64,000 nt of DNA, taken from Candidatus Beckwithbacteria bacterium. Lineage in GTDB: Bacteria > Patescibacteriota > Microgenomatia > UBA1400 > UBA1449. The notes below the pieces were generated by a model. It searched no databases and was not told the origin of the DNA. It saw only the letters and a list, made by a program, of their open reading frames with translations. The DNA lies in the NCBI GenBank assembly GCA_012797845.1, contig JAAZOH010000038.1:11919-75918 (forward strand). Reading direction: 5' to 3'. Made by a program: the position numbers and the translations under genes. Positions 1 through 8,543 of this stretch are shown one piece after another (position 1 is the stretch's first letter; the number at the start of each line of letters is the position of its first letter).

Positions 1-14
1 ATCCAATTGAAAAA

Positions 15-458
15 TTGGAAAAGATTAAACTAGATCACGAGTCTCAAAGAGTGAGAAGTATTAATAAAAATAATGATAGTCCCAAAGTGATACAAAGCAC
101 AAAATATTTAGCAGCCATTCAAATTATAACTGGCATGCAATTGATAAACGCTGTAGCAGGTTATCATGCATACTCGGCATCATTTGACGAGACTGATGAT
201 GAAGAATTATATAAACTAATTAAAGAATTCCTAGTCTGTTTGAAAGATCTTGATGCTCTAATTGATGTTAGCGAAGGACTTAAGTTAGATATCGCAAGGG
301 AAATTAAAAGATTAATAGCTAAACTTAACAGCCATGGTTATTATGTTTACTGTGCCACGGTTTTGGATAAACTTCGAATGAATGGCAAAGATACCCCATG
401 GAAAACTTTCTATTGTGTTCTATCTTCAAATCCATCAATAAAGTACTTGATTAGGTAG
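15..458 (+). CDS. hypothetical protein
   Basis: Intact 147-aa ORF; no recognisable motif. Confidence 0.4.
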   Translation: MEKIKLDHESQRVRSINKNNDSPKVIQSTKYLAAIQIITGMQLINAVAGYHAYSASFDETDDEELYKLIKEFLVCLKDLDALIDVSEGLKLDIAREIKRLIAKLNSHGYYVYCATVLDKLRMNGKDTPWKTFYCVLSSNPSIKYLIR

Positions 459-680
459 TTCTTTTTATACTGTCTCATTTGTCTCGTTTTTGCTAAAATT
501 TACTCGAGTTATAGTGATCAAAAGGTTCTAGACCGACTTGTCTCATCTTTTCGGATTCGCACAACAGAGGTATGGGATAAGACTGGACTAGACCGGTACG
601 CTCAGCCAAGACGGGCACCCCGGAGTGACCGGAGTGCCTAAATGGCCCGAAAAGACTTGCTAAAACCCTATTTTTTCCTC

Positions 681-840
681 TGGAGATTCGAACCGTAAAA
701 ACCCCTAAAAAACCAGACTTTGAGGCTACGGTTCTGAATCATCATTGCCCTCAAATCCTACTCAAGGCTAAAATTCTCCAAAATAGCCTCAAATTATAGA
801 ACCAGGATTCGAACCGATGGGACTTATAGGATGCGCGTGC
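681..840 (-). other. degenerate tRNA-like T-arm motifs (possible tRNA remnants / integration scars)
   Basis: Two copies of gattcgaacc (reverse complement of the tRNA T-arm GGTTCGAATC) at 681-695 and 805-818. The 780->681 stretch has acceptor-like termini (tggaga / tctcca) but the T-stem does not pair, so it is not a functional tRNA. Confidence 0.3.
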
Positions 841-870
841 CAAACAATTGTAGAATATGCACAAAAAACT

Positions 871-1623
871 TTATGTTTGTGAAACTATGCTTTCAGTGGC
901 TTTCGATGTTGTTAAAAACTTATGAATAGCTTCGATTTCTTCTGAATTTAGCTTGATAGATGATTTGTTGATGACATACTTATGAAATCCTCTTCCTCCA
1001 ATCCATATGTCATTAATTTTTCCGTGAATGGTTTGTTTATCGATTTTTCCGTTAGGAAATTCTAATAAACCAGTCACGTCATATCTTTTTCCAAGATGTT
1101 TATATACGTAATCTGATAGCCACATTTTTTCTGCAAATGTTTGTTGCAGATAGTTCTTTACGGGAATAGCGTTTTTAACAAGAAGTTTTTCGTTTACAAA
1201 ACTCACCAGACCATTTTCTGATTTAACTTCTATCGCAAAAATTCCATTCGGTCCAATGACAATAAAATCAATATTTCCGTGTCCGGTATTAAAATCTTTG
1301 ACGATGAGATATTCTTGGGGTAGTAGTTCCAGTATTTTTTCTTCTATCAACTCAGCTCCAGCTCCCTTTCCCCATGTGTTGTAGTTTCTTCTTACATCCT
1401 GTCTGTTTTGTCTATCCATTTTTTGGACAAACTTTATGGCAAATATAAAAATAACTGATGATATTACCAATCCAATCAATGAATAATTTGTTTTCTGTAA
1501 CATTACGAGAAATAAATAAAGTAACCATAGGTAAGTAATACCAATGATCAAATGAATGATCCAAAATATTTTTTTATTTCTTTTATATTCCCTGAATGTA
1601 TAGGAATTAGAATTGTCAGCCAT
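871..1623 (-). CDS. NERD domain-containing membrane protein
   Basis: N-terminal TM helices followed by GKGAGAE...IDFIVIG...IEVKS pattern typical of the NERD (nuclease-related) domain. Confidence 0.6.
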   Translation of the reverse strand: MADNSNSYTFREYKRNKKIFWIIHLIIGITYLWLLYLFLVMLQKTNYSLIGLVISSVIFIFAIKFVQKMDRQNRQDVRRNYNTWGKGAGAELIEEKILELLPQEYLIVKDFNTGHGNIDFIVIGPNGIFAIEVKSENGLVSFVNEKLLVKNAIPVKNYLQQTFAEKMWLSDYVYKHLGKRYDVTGLLEFPNGKIDKQTIHGKINDIWIGGRGFHKYVINKSSIKLNSEEIEAIHKFLTTSKATESIVSQT

Positions 1624-1790
1624 AAAAATGTACTAAGATATACTTATATAGTATCATTTGGTACACTCTGGATGTTGAGGCTAGGGAGAGAATTGCGATC
1701 CGGCAGCCAAGCAGTGCACCCCTAAAGATCGTGATCTCTAATTATTTCTTTAAACTTGTGTAACAGTGATATTGGCGAAGAAAATTTTGA

Positions 1791-2429
1791 CTATTCTCCA
1801 AATTTATCTCTACAAAATTTATGAAGAACGTCAAATGCACTTATAAATTCTTCGGACAAATGATAAATTCTGAGAGCTGCCGAGGTATAATTATTTGATC
1901 CCGCCTTACTTAATTTCCATTCCTGAGACATGGCATAGTGCTTACCATCTTTATCAATAAAAGTGTTTAGAGATAATTCCTCGTTCAAGAGTATAAGGTT
2001 TTTATCTAACTTATATTTGAGTACTTGTGTTTTTTTATCAATAAAAGAAAAATCTGTTGGGTTATTCTCTAGATAATTACTGTAGTAATTAAGTGGTTTT
2101 CGAACGGATTCATGGTGACGATTAACGTAACCCCCCTGTTTGGCAGTCCATTGAACATCTTTCGGAATCATTTCTAAAATTTTCCGATATATTGCTAAAT
2201 CCCAAGTTTGATATCTCTTTTTAAGAGGATCTTGTTTTTGAGCAGCTAAAACTAAATCATTTATTGATCCATCTTTCGTAGATAGTTGAGAAATAGCTTC
2301 GAGATAATCTATTCTAGATTCTTGCATTCTTCGAGCGACCTTCTCACCAATTAGCTTCCACTCTTTTAATAGTTCAGCAGTAAACCTGGATTCATCCCCA
2401 TCTATATATTTAGCGTGGGTTTGACACAT
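1791..2429 (-). CDS. hypothetical protein
   Basis: 212-aa ORF. Its start lies only 4 bp from the divergent ORF at 2434. Confidence 0.4.
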   Translation of the reverse strand: MCQTHAKYIDGDESRFTAELLKEWKLIGEKVARRMQESRIDYLEAISQLSTKDGSINDLVLAAQKQDPLKKRYQTWDLAIYRKILEMIPKDVQWTAKQGGYVNRHHESVRKPLNYYSNYLENNPTDFSFIDKKTQVLKYKLDKNLILLNEELSLNTFIDKDGKHYAMSQEWKLSKAGSNNYTSAALRIYHLSEEFISAFDVLHKFCRDKFGE

Positions 2430-2433
2430 CCTG

Positions 2434-2775
2434 ATGCCTATATTGCTATTGAAACCTAATAAACAAATTAATCGTTATTTTCTCGATGTTTTTGATGATA
2501 TGTCTCCTAGAATGCTACTGCGAAAACGAGTCAGACAATACATTGATTATTTTGAAGAAGAAATCTGGCAAGACAAAACTGGTAAACCATTTCCTAAGGT
2601 TATTCTAATCTGCCCTGATGAAAGATCTAAAAATTATTTGGAGAAGTTTGTAAAAAATAGTTTAGAGTGTGATATAGATTTTTATCTGAGTTTAAAAAAT
2701 AAGGTTAGTTGGGAAAACATTTTGAATTTAAGTGTATATATAGTAAAAATAAATAGGATTTTATTTTTACTATAA
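2434..2775 (+). CDS. hypothetical protein
   Basis: 113-aa ORF, no motif recognised. Confidence 0.3.
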   Translation: MPILLLKPNKQINRYFLDVFDDMSPRMLLRKRVRQYIDYFEEEIWQDKTGKPFPKVILICPDERSKNYLEKFVKNSLECDIDFYLSLKNKVSWENILNLSVYIVKINRILFLL

Positions 2776-2832
2776 TATGTTACAATTACATTCCCAAAAA
2801 TTACTAAAAATAAACACTTTTTTAAAGGAATT

Positions 2833-3642
2833 ATGACAGAAGATTTTAGAAAAATAATGGCAGCTAGGGCAGCAGGAGTAACAATTATTACAGAAGAAGA
2901 AACTGCAAGAGAAAGACAAAAAACCGCAGAAAGATTTCAAAGGATGGTTGAAAGAGCTGGGGTTATGGATGTACTAGAATTTGCTGCTTTAAGTATAGAA
3001 AAATATCACAGCAGTAGAGACAATGCTGGAGATGTAAAAGTTGGAAAAGCAGCTGTTGATAGATTGGGAGTACAATTTATGGGTAAACACATGCTTTGCC
3101 GACCTAACCGTTTTAATAATACTACTGTTGGTTTAGAAATGTATTTTCGAGACAGAGATGGTGATATCGTTAGTAAACAACCAATTTTTGCAATTACCAT
3201 TGATCCCAAAATGAGAGACACAGATGTTTTTATACTTTCATGTGCAATCAGGGAACTAGGATCAAATTCACATTTTACTGATTCTGGAGTATATTTTCAA
3301 AGGTATGAGTGTGGTACGAGCGCTGATTTTGCCAATGCTATGATGAGTTTTTTAACAGCACCAAAAGTAGATAGGTCAGCCTATAATAGCCAAATAACTC
3401 TCCGTTATGTTGTAGAACAATATGGGGCAGAACATATACCATCTTTTTATGAATATGATTGTTTGGGAGATATTCCGATAGAATTAGTTGCTCCTAACGA
3501 TTCCCCCTTAATAAAAATTGCAGAAAATCTTGCTTACTCTTGTCCTACAATAGGACACCATCTTGGTAAACCAATGGCTATACTCAGAGATGCTAACATA
3601 TTTCGGTTAACTGCTCCCATTGTACTTAAAGGAAGAAATTAA
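2833..3642 (+). CDS. hypothetical protein
   Basis: 269-aa ORF preceded by AAAGGA RBS-like sequence. Visibly less AT-rich than its neighbours. Confidence 0.45.
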   Translation: MTEDFRKIMAARAAGVTIITEEETARERQKTAERFQRMVERAGVMDVLEFAALSIEKYHSSRDNAGDVKVGKAAVDRLGVQFMGKHMLCRPNRFNNTTVGLEMYFRDRDGDIVSKQPIFAITIDPKMRDTDVFILSCAIRELGSNSHFTDSGVYFQRYECGTSADFANAMMSFLTAPKVDRSAYNSQITLRYVVEQYGAEHIPSFYEYDCLGDIPIELVAPNDSPLIKIAENLAYSCPTIGHHLGKPMAILRDANIFRLTAPIVLKGRN

Positions 3643-3883
3643 TATATACCTTCAAGACCAAAAGACTTGTTGGGGTAGTTGCTCAAAAAAGAAGAACCTT
3701 AACTTTAACTGGCGAATTGTTTTACTGCCCGACCATTTGGCTGATTACATTGTCATTCACGAACTGTGTCACCTGAAGGAGTTTAGTCACTCTCGAAGAT
3801 ACCGGAACTTAATGGCAAGTGTGCTGCCTAACTATCAAGAGCTTATCACAGAATTAAAAACCAGTGGTTTATCGTTAGTATAA
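3620..3883 (+). pseudogene. C-terminal fragment of YgjP/DUF45 (M48-like HExxH) metallohydrolase
   Basis: 87-aa ORF containing WRIVLLPDHLADYIVIHELCHLKEFSHS, which matches the HExxH-bearing C-terminus of YgjP-family proteins. The N-terminal ~140 aa of the family are absent. Confidence 0.55.
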
Positions 3884-4080
3884 TCAAGCTGTTAAATAAT
3901 TGAGGTTTTGACTGTAAAGGAACTCACGATAATAAGTTCCCACATAGTCGATCAGTCCAGCCCCCTCAAGGAATACCCTATCAAACTATATCTATAGAAA
4001 GCTGGATTCGAACTGGAAAAGAAAAAATTTGTTTTTCAGACTTATGATACAATTAGACAAGTAATAAATGTAAATTCTAA

Positions 4081-4099
4081 TAGCTGCCAGGTGCAGCTA
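4081..4099. promoter_or_regulatory. palindrome tagctgc-N5-gcagcta upstream of MSNEDL paralog 1
   Basis: 7-bp perfect inverted arms. The same element occurs at 6909-6929 before paralog 2. Confidence 0.5.
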
Positions 4100-4846
4100 T
4101 TTTTTACACTTATGTCAAATGAAGATCTTAGAGGCAAGTTGCGAAAACAAGTAACTGATCATGCTGATTTTTTGTTGGCTGATAAAGAGCAACAAAAAAG
4201 AATTTTACTAGCAGAAGAGCGAAAACGTATCAGACAGATGGTAAAGGAGCATGAACTCATGAAACAACTAGAAGTGGCAGATGTGTTACAGATGCTTGTT
4301 GATATTGCAAATGAGGACTCAATAGATATGCAACCACTTGCTGAGGTAATTCAGGAAGGAAATGTAAAACATTGCGAGAATGGAAGAGTTGAAGTTATTA
4401 CTGGCATGCTGCCAAACCAGGGAACTAGAGTTAAAAAAGGAATATTGGCTGTAATACCGGAATTTAGAACAGAAAAAAATAACCCAACTTTACTATTTGC
4501 TAGAAGATCTCTGGATAGTAAATATGAACTATATTTACCAGAAAATTGCATTGTTTATCAACAAGTTGAATGTTCTAGCTCTGATCAGGTGGGAGAAGTA
4601 GCATTGCAAATGCTTTTACTTGATAAAAGCATGGAAGACTTATATAAAGAATCTTTTGGACGTTTTGCTCTTATTGGCTTTGGTGTTTCCCAATTATCTT
4701 TTAGTAGTAACCTTTTAGACTCAAAGATTTTTAGCCAAATGTCATTATCTCTTTTTGCAACGTTTGGGAAAACTGCCACTAGTGTAGTTAGTCGAATGAG
4801 AAAAAGTAGCCATATCTACGATAGAGCAAAGAACTATTTACTTTAA
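4091..4846 (+). CDS. MSNEDL-family protein, paralog 1 (possible ATP-grasp substrate/partner)
   Basis: ORF track starts at a GTG inside the palindrome. The likely true start is the ATG at 4112 (MSNEDLRGK...). Shares N-terminus and internal motifs (LxxLVxxANxD, LLFARRSLD/LLIARPPKD) with the ORF at 6941. Confidence 0.55.
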   Translation: MQLFFTLMSNEDLRGKLRKQVTDHADFLLADKEQQKRILLAEERKRIRQMVKEHELMKQLEVADVLQMLVDIANEDSIDMQPLAEVIQEGNVKHCENGRVEVITGMLPNQGTRVKKGILAVIPEFRTEKNNPTLLFARRSLDSKYELYLPENCIVYQQVECSSSDQVGEVALQMLLLDKSMEDLYKESFGRFALIGFGVSQLSFSSNLLDSKIFSQMSLSLFATFGKTATSVVSRMRKSSHIYDRAKNYLL

Positions 4847-4939
4847 ATAATTAGAATATAAAATTTTGACATCCCAATTAGTTTAATTATGTAGTTTTTT
4901 ATATCAAAATTAATTTACTCTGTTCAGAAATATTTTTAA

Positions 4940-5956
4940 ATGCAATTTGAAAGAGAATTGAAAACACAAGAAATTGAACCCGGGACAAGTGGTCTTGTTT
5001 TACTTGTCAGTAGGCAGTTTGATCCTCATGTTGATTTTATTATTGAAAAGTTGAGATCAGAAAACATCCAGTTTGCCAGATTTAACACTGAAGATTTTCC
5101 AAGAAATACTTCCGTAAGTTTGTATTTGGGAGATGGCGAGACATCTGGATTATTGGATGTGCCCAACAACTTACCTTTTTTGCTAAACCAAACCAGATCA
5201 ATTTTATACAGGAGACCAGCAGAACCTAATCCACCAGATAATTTAACCAAGGGCTTTGAAGAATTTGTGGTTTCTGAGAGCAAATCAGTTATAAAAGGTT
5301 TATGGTCGTTACCCGATGTTACTTGGGTAAATTACCCGGAAGACAATCGAAGAGCTGCTATCAAACTAGATCAGCTAAGACAGGCCCAAATACTGGGTCT
5401 TTCTATTCCCAAAACTCTAGTCTCCAATAATATTATTGACATTAGATCCTTTTTTGACCTGTGTCATGGAAGCATGATAGTAAAACCTTTAACCGTAGGA
5501 AGTATCGAAGAAGATGGTATATATAAAGCTTTCTATACTAGCAAAGTTGAACCGGAACATTTAGACCAACTTGGCCCGGATAATAGATGTCCTTATGTAT
5601 TTCAAGAAAATATTCCCAAGGAACTAGAATTGAGAATAACTATTGTTGGAAATAGTGTGTTTGCAGCCGAAATCTTTTCTCAAGAACAAGAAGGAGCTGA
5701 GACCGATTGGAGAAAAAAGTGGGAAGGCTTACGCTACGGAATTCATGAGCTTCCCGAGGATATTAAAAATAAATGTTTGAAATTAGCTAGACATTATAAT
5801 CTAAATTTTGGAGCAATAGATATGATAGTAACTCCTAGAGGTGAATATGTTTTTTTAGAAATCAATCCAAATGGTCAATGGGTTTGGATAGAGCTTGAAA
5901 CTGGATTACCAATATCAGAAGCTATGATAAAACTTCTTTCTGAGAATAAGCACTAA
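4940..5956 (+). CDS. ATP-grasp ribosomal peptide maturase (MvdD/MvdC-like, graspetide family)
   Basis: N-terminal pre-ATP-grasp pattern VDFIIEKLRSENIQFARFNTEDFP... and C-terminal GAIDMIVTPRGEYVFLEINPNGQWVWIELETGLPISEAMI, matching the microviridin-type ATP-grasp hallmark. Confidence 0.7.
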   Translation: MQFERELKTQEIEPGTSGLVLLVSRQFDPHVDFIIEKLRSENIQFARFNTEDFPRNTSVSLYLGDGETSGLLDVPNNLPFLLNQTRSILYRRPAEPNPPDNLTKGFEEFVVSESKSVIKGLWSLPDVTWVNYPEDNRRAAIKLDQLRQAQILGLSIPKTLVSNNIIDIRSFFDLCHGSMIVKPLTVGSIEEDGIYKAFYTSKVEPEHLDQLGPDNRCPYVFQENIPKELELRITIVGNSVFAAEIFSQEQEGAETDWRKKWEGLRYGIHELPEDIKNKCLKLARHYNLNFGAIDMIVTPRGEYVFLEINPNGQWVWIELETGLPISEAMIKLLSENKH

Positions 5957-6465
5957 GGTTTATTGAGTTTTTTTACAGTTTTAAATGTTTCTTTTAAAGG
6001 AGAAATATCAAATTTTTTTCGCAAAGAATCAGGAATGATATTTTCATAATTAGAAATAACCCATTTGTCTTTTTTAAGCTCGAATTGTGTTACAAAAAGT
6101 TGTGGCCTGGAAATGCTTAAAAGAAATCTGTCTATGGCTAAGGCCATATAATTTTTACACCAGTCATCTCCTAATACGCTTCCAATAGAATAAAGGGTAA
6201 CAGCCAAAGCATAATCATTATAATTAGAACCGTGATGAAAAAAATGCCCTGCCCGAAAATAATCATCTGCTGTTTTTAGTTCTCCCTTTTTAAGCATTTT
6301 CAAAACTAGGTCTTTTATTTCTACTTCTTCTTGGTAAAGCTTTTTAATCAAATTCTTTTGTTTCTTTAAGTCAAACACATATCTTTTTTTTTGAACCTTT
6401 TCAAATAGTTTAATAAGTTTTTTGTTTGAATTTGGAGATTTATTAAAATAACCCTTTTTTACCAT
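5953..6465 (-). CDS. hypothetical Lys-rich protein
   Basis: 170-aa ORF convergent with the ATP-grasp gene. Confidence 0.4.
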   Translation of the reverse strand: MVKKGYFNKSPNSNKKLIKLFEKVQKKRYVFDLKKQKNLIKKLYQEEVEIKDLVLKMLKKGELKTADDYFRAGHFFHHGSNYNDYALAVTLYSIGSVLGDDWCKNYMALAIDRFLLSISRPQLFVTQFELKKDKWVISNYENIIPDSLRKKFDISPLKETFKTVKKLNKP

Positions 6466-6533
6466 ATAAATAAATTCTTACAACCTTATCTAAAGGTAAT
6501 GCAAGATTTTGATTAAAATATTTTATGTTTCAC

Positions 6534-6725
6534 TTAATCATCTCGACCTTGATCAATTTGTGTGACATCTACGCTGATATGTGTTGGAACAGTACAGATT
6601 GTTCCAGCTGCATTAGCATGTCCCGCAGTCCATGTTTGACTATCAGGATCATATTGTCCTTCAACAGGAGCTAGATCAGCAATTGCAATGTCTTCAGTAA
6701 ACTGGGAAACAAATTCTTTTGACAT
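6534..6725 (-). CDS. small peptide, candidate RiPP (graspetide) precursor
   Basis: 63-aa ORF with a strong SD (AGGAGGTGA) 8 nt upstream of the ATG. Acidic leader-like N-terminus and a Thr/Ser/Asp-rich C-terminal half. Lies ~600 bp from the ATP-grasp maturase. Confidence 0.5.
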   Translation of the reverse strand: MSKEFVSQFTEDIAIADLAPVEGQYDPDSQTWTAGHANAAGTICTVPTHISVDVTQIDQGRDD

Positions 6726-6908
6726 AACTTCTCACCTCCTTGTAAACTTTTGCTTATACTTTCAGTTTTGCATTATGTTTAAAAAATATTTAAAAGTCAA
6801 ATAAACACAAAAAAGGCTGAGCCATGAATAGAGTTCAGTGAGTTAAAAGCGAAAATTAAGGAGAAAAATATGATATAATTCTCCTTATTATATTAATAAT
6901 AAATAGAC

Positions 6909-6929
6909 TAGCTGCCAACTGTGCAGCTA
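6909..6929. promoter_or_regulatory. palindrome tagctgc-N7-gcagcta upstream of MSNEDL paralog 2
   Basis: Same inverted-repeat arms as 4081-4099, followed by a conserved tattttt...ATG..aatgaaga block. Confidence 0.5.
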
Positions 6930-6940
6930 TTTTTGTAAAT

Positions 6941-7663
6941 ATGAGCAATGAAGACTTAAAATGTAAAGCATTGGCTGGTCTAAAAAAAGGCCAACAAGCA
7001 AATTCAACAGTAGAAGAAGCAAAAGAAGCTAAGGCTCGATTTAAAAAAGATCAGTTGAGAAAATTACAAGTTCAAGAAACATTGACTTTTTTAGTTGAAG
7101 CTGCAAACACTGATGATCCTGAATTAGGAGAAATTAGAGAAGCAATGCATGTAAGATTTGGAGAACAAAAATTATCAGTTGAATATAACGAAGACCAGAC
7201 TATTGTATTGTTACAAAATTCTAGTAAAAAGACTGTAATGGCTATTGGTGTAGAAACCTATGGTCGAGATAATAAAAGTAGAGGTTCGTTGTTAATCGCT
7301 AGGCCTCCAAAAGATATCAAAGCAACATTTCGCAGAGACACATCTGAACCAGTATTGTTTATGAGAAAAAAATGTATAGATACGGGCGCTGTTGCGTCAA
7401 GTGTAATGGAATTTATAACTACTGATCAAGTTACTGAAGGTAGATGTCCAAGTGATGTTGGAGAAGATTTTTTGAGTAAATACCCTGGTTTGAGCTATGA
7501 TTACGCTGTTTTTGAAGAAATGTATGAGTTAGCATATCCCGATACTGATTCAGCTCCAAAATTAAATATATCATATAGTTATACAAATGATCTTCCTATG
7601 CATGTAGGCTGTAATAGCTATGTTCAATGGATGTTTGGAAAATATTTCGCAAATCGAGCTTAG
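6941..7663 (+). CDS. MSNEDL-family protein, paralog 2
   Basis: 240-aa ORF starting MSNEDLKCK. Distant paralog of 4112-4846. Confidence 0.55.
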   Translation: MSNEDLKCKALAGLKKGQQANSTVEEAKEAKARFKKDQLRKLQVQETLTFLVEAANTDDPELGEIREAMHVRFGEQKLSVEYNEDQTIVLLQNSSKKTVMAIGVETYGRDNKSRGSLLIARPPKDIKATFRRDTSEPVLFMRKKCIDTGAVASSVMEFITTDQVTEGRCPSDVGEDFLSKYPGLSYDYAVFEEMYELAYPDTDSAPKLNISYSYTNDLPMHVGCNSYVQWMFGKYFANRA

Positions 7664-7902
7664 TATAAACATTAAATTTTTGTATCAAAGTAATCTCCTT
7701 TTGCATTTATTCATATAATCTTAATAGTGTAACAAAATAAAAAAACATGAACCAAGAGACTGTATTTATTTTTAATACAAGCTTATTTTGGTAAAAAAAT
7801 TTAACTAATTAAGTATTGAGCCAAATAAAAAGTTCTGACATAGTCCACTAGTGCCAGCAGCCACGTATAATCTTGAGAGATTGACCGTACTCTCTAGTTA
7901 CT

Positions 7903-8421
7903 ATGAATGAAGCTACTGTTTCGATTTTTACAACCTTAACCATATTATTAATCGTAGGATTTGTAATCAAATTATTCTTAAGACTTGTTTTTCAAAAATT
8001 TCCAAGAACATCCAAGTCAATACATACTTATTTGTATAAAACTAGAAGTTTTTTTCTAACCAAGCCAGAGCATGAGCTTTTTGATATTTTAGTAAAAAAC
8101 TTTGGAGATACATATTATATTTTCCCCCAAGTCCATCTATCTTCAATTTTTAACCATAAAATTAAAGGTCAAAACTGGCAAAGTGCTCTTAATCATATAG
8201 ATAGAAAATCTATCGATTTTCTGTTTTGTGATAAAGCTTATATTAAACCAATCTTAGCTATTGAACTTGATGATTCTAGTCATCAAAGGGAAGATAGAAT
8301 TATTCGAGATAGTGAAGTTGAACAGAATTTTGAAAATGCAAACTTACCCTTATTACGGTTTAATAGCCAGGAAAGATTTCACAACGAAGAAATGTTTGAG
8401 AAAATTAGAGAAAAACTTTAA
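7903..8421 (+). CDS. DUF2726 domain protein (PD-(D/E)xK-like nuclease fold) with N-terminal TM
   Basis: SIDFLFCDKAYIKPILAIELDDSSH...LPLLRF pattern typical of DUF2726. Confidence 0.5.
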   Translation: MNEATVSIFTTLTILLIVGFVIKLFLRLVFQKFPRTSKSIHTYLYKTRSFFLTKPEHELFDILVKNFGDTYYIFPQVHLSSIFNHKIKGQNWQSALNHIDRKSIDFLFCDKAYIKPILAIELDDSSHQREDRIIRDSEVEQNFENANLPLLRFNSQERFHNEEMFEKIREKL

Positions 8422-8543
8422 TTTACAATAATCCTCTTCCACTTCAAAAGAAAAAAATCTCGAAAATAAAATTATTAGTTTGATTATTCTATTTTTATAA
8501 ATTTTCTTCTTTTGGTATAATCTCAGTGGATGAATACATATAA

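Noticed and set aside
681-780. Possible intact tRNA gene on the minus strand (tggaga...ggttcgaatctcca)
   Set aside because: The acceptor-like ends are complementary, but the T-stem flanking TTCGAAT cannot form five base pairs and there is no room for a 3' acceptor strand after the T-arm. Treated as a degenerate remnant, not a gene.
2429-2437. Divergent start codons only 4 bp apart (1791-2429 minus, 2434-2775 plus) as evidence for a bidirectional regulatory site
   Set aside because: There is no space for promoters. More likely one of the two ORFs is mis-called or the junction is a rearrangement scar. Noted within the island finding rather than as a feature.
3006-3221. 71-aa minus-strand ORF inside the 2833-3642 gene, and similar antisense ORFs at 4351-4551, 4585-4779, 5026-5283, 10239-10448, 11951-12235, 14158-14361, 24482-24709, 26057-26359, 30478-30732, 35498-35773, 41524-41805, 41976-42182, 43984-44244, 44677-44901, 59622-59869, 60351-60677 and 62492-62792
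   Set aside because: All are entirely embedded in longer ORFs that carry recognisable motifs. They have no RBS and odd composition. Read as frame-shadow artefacts.
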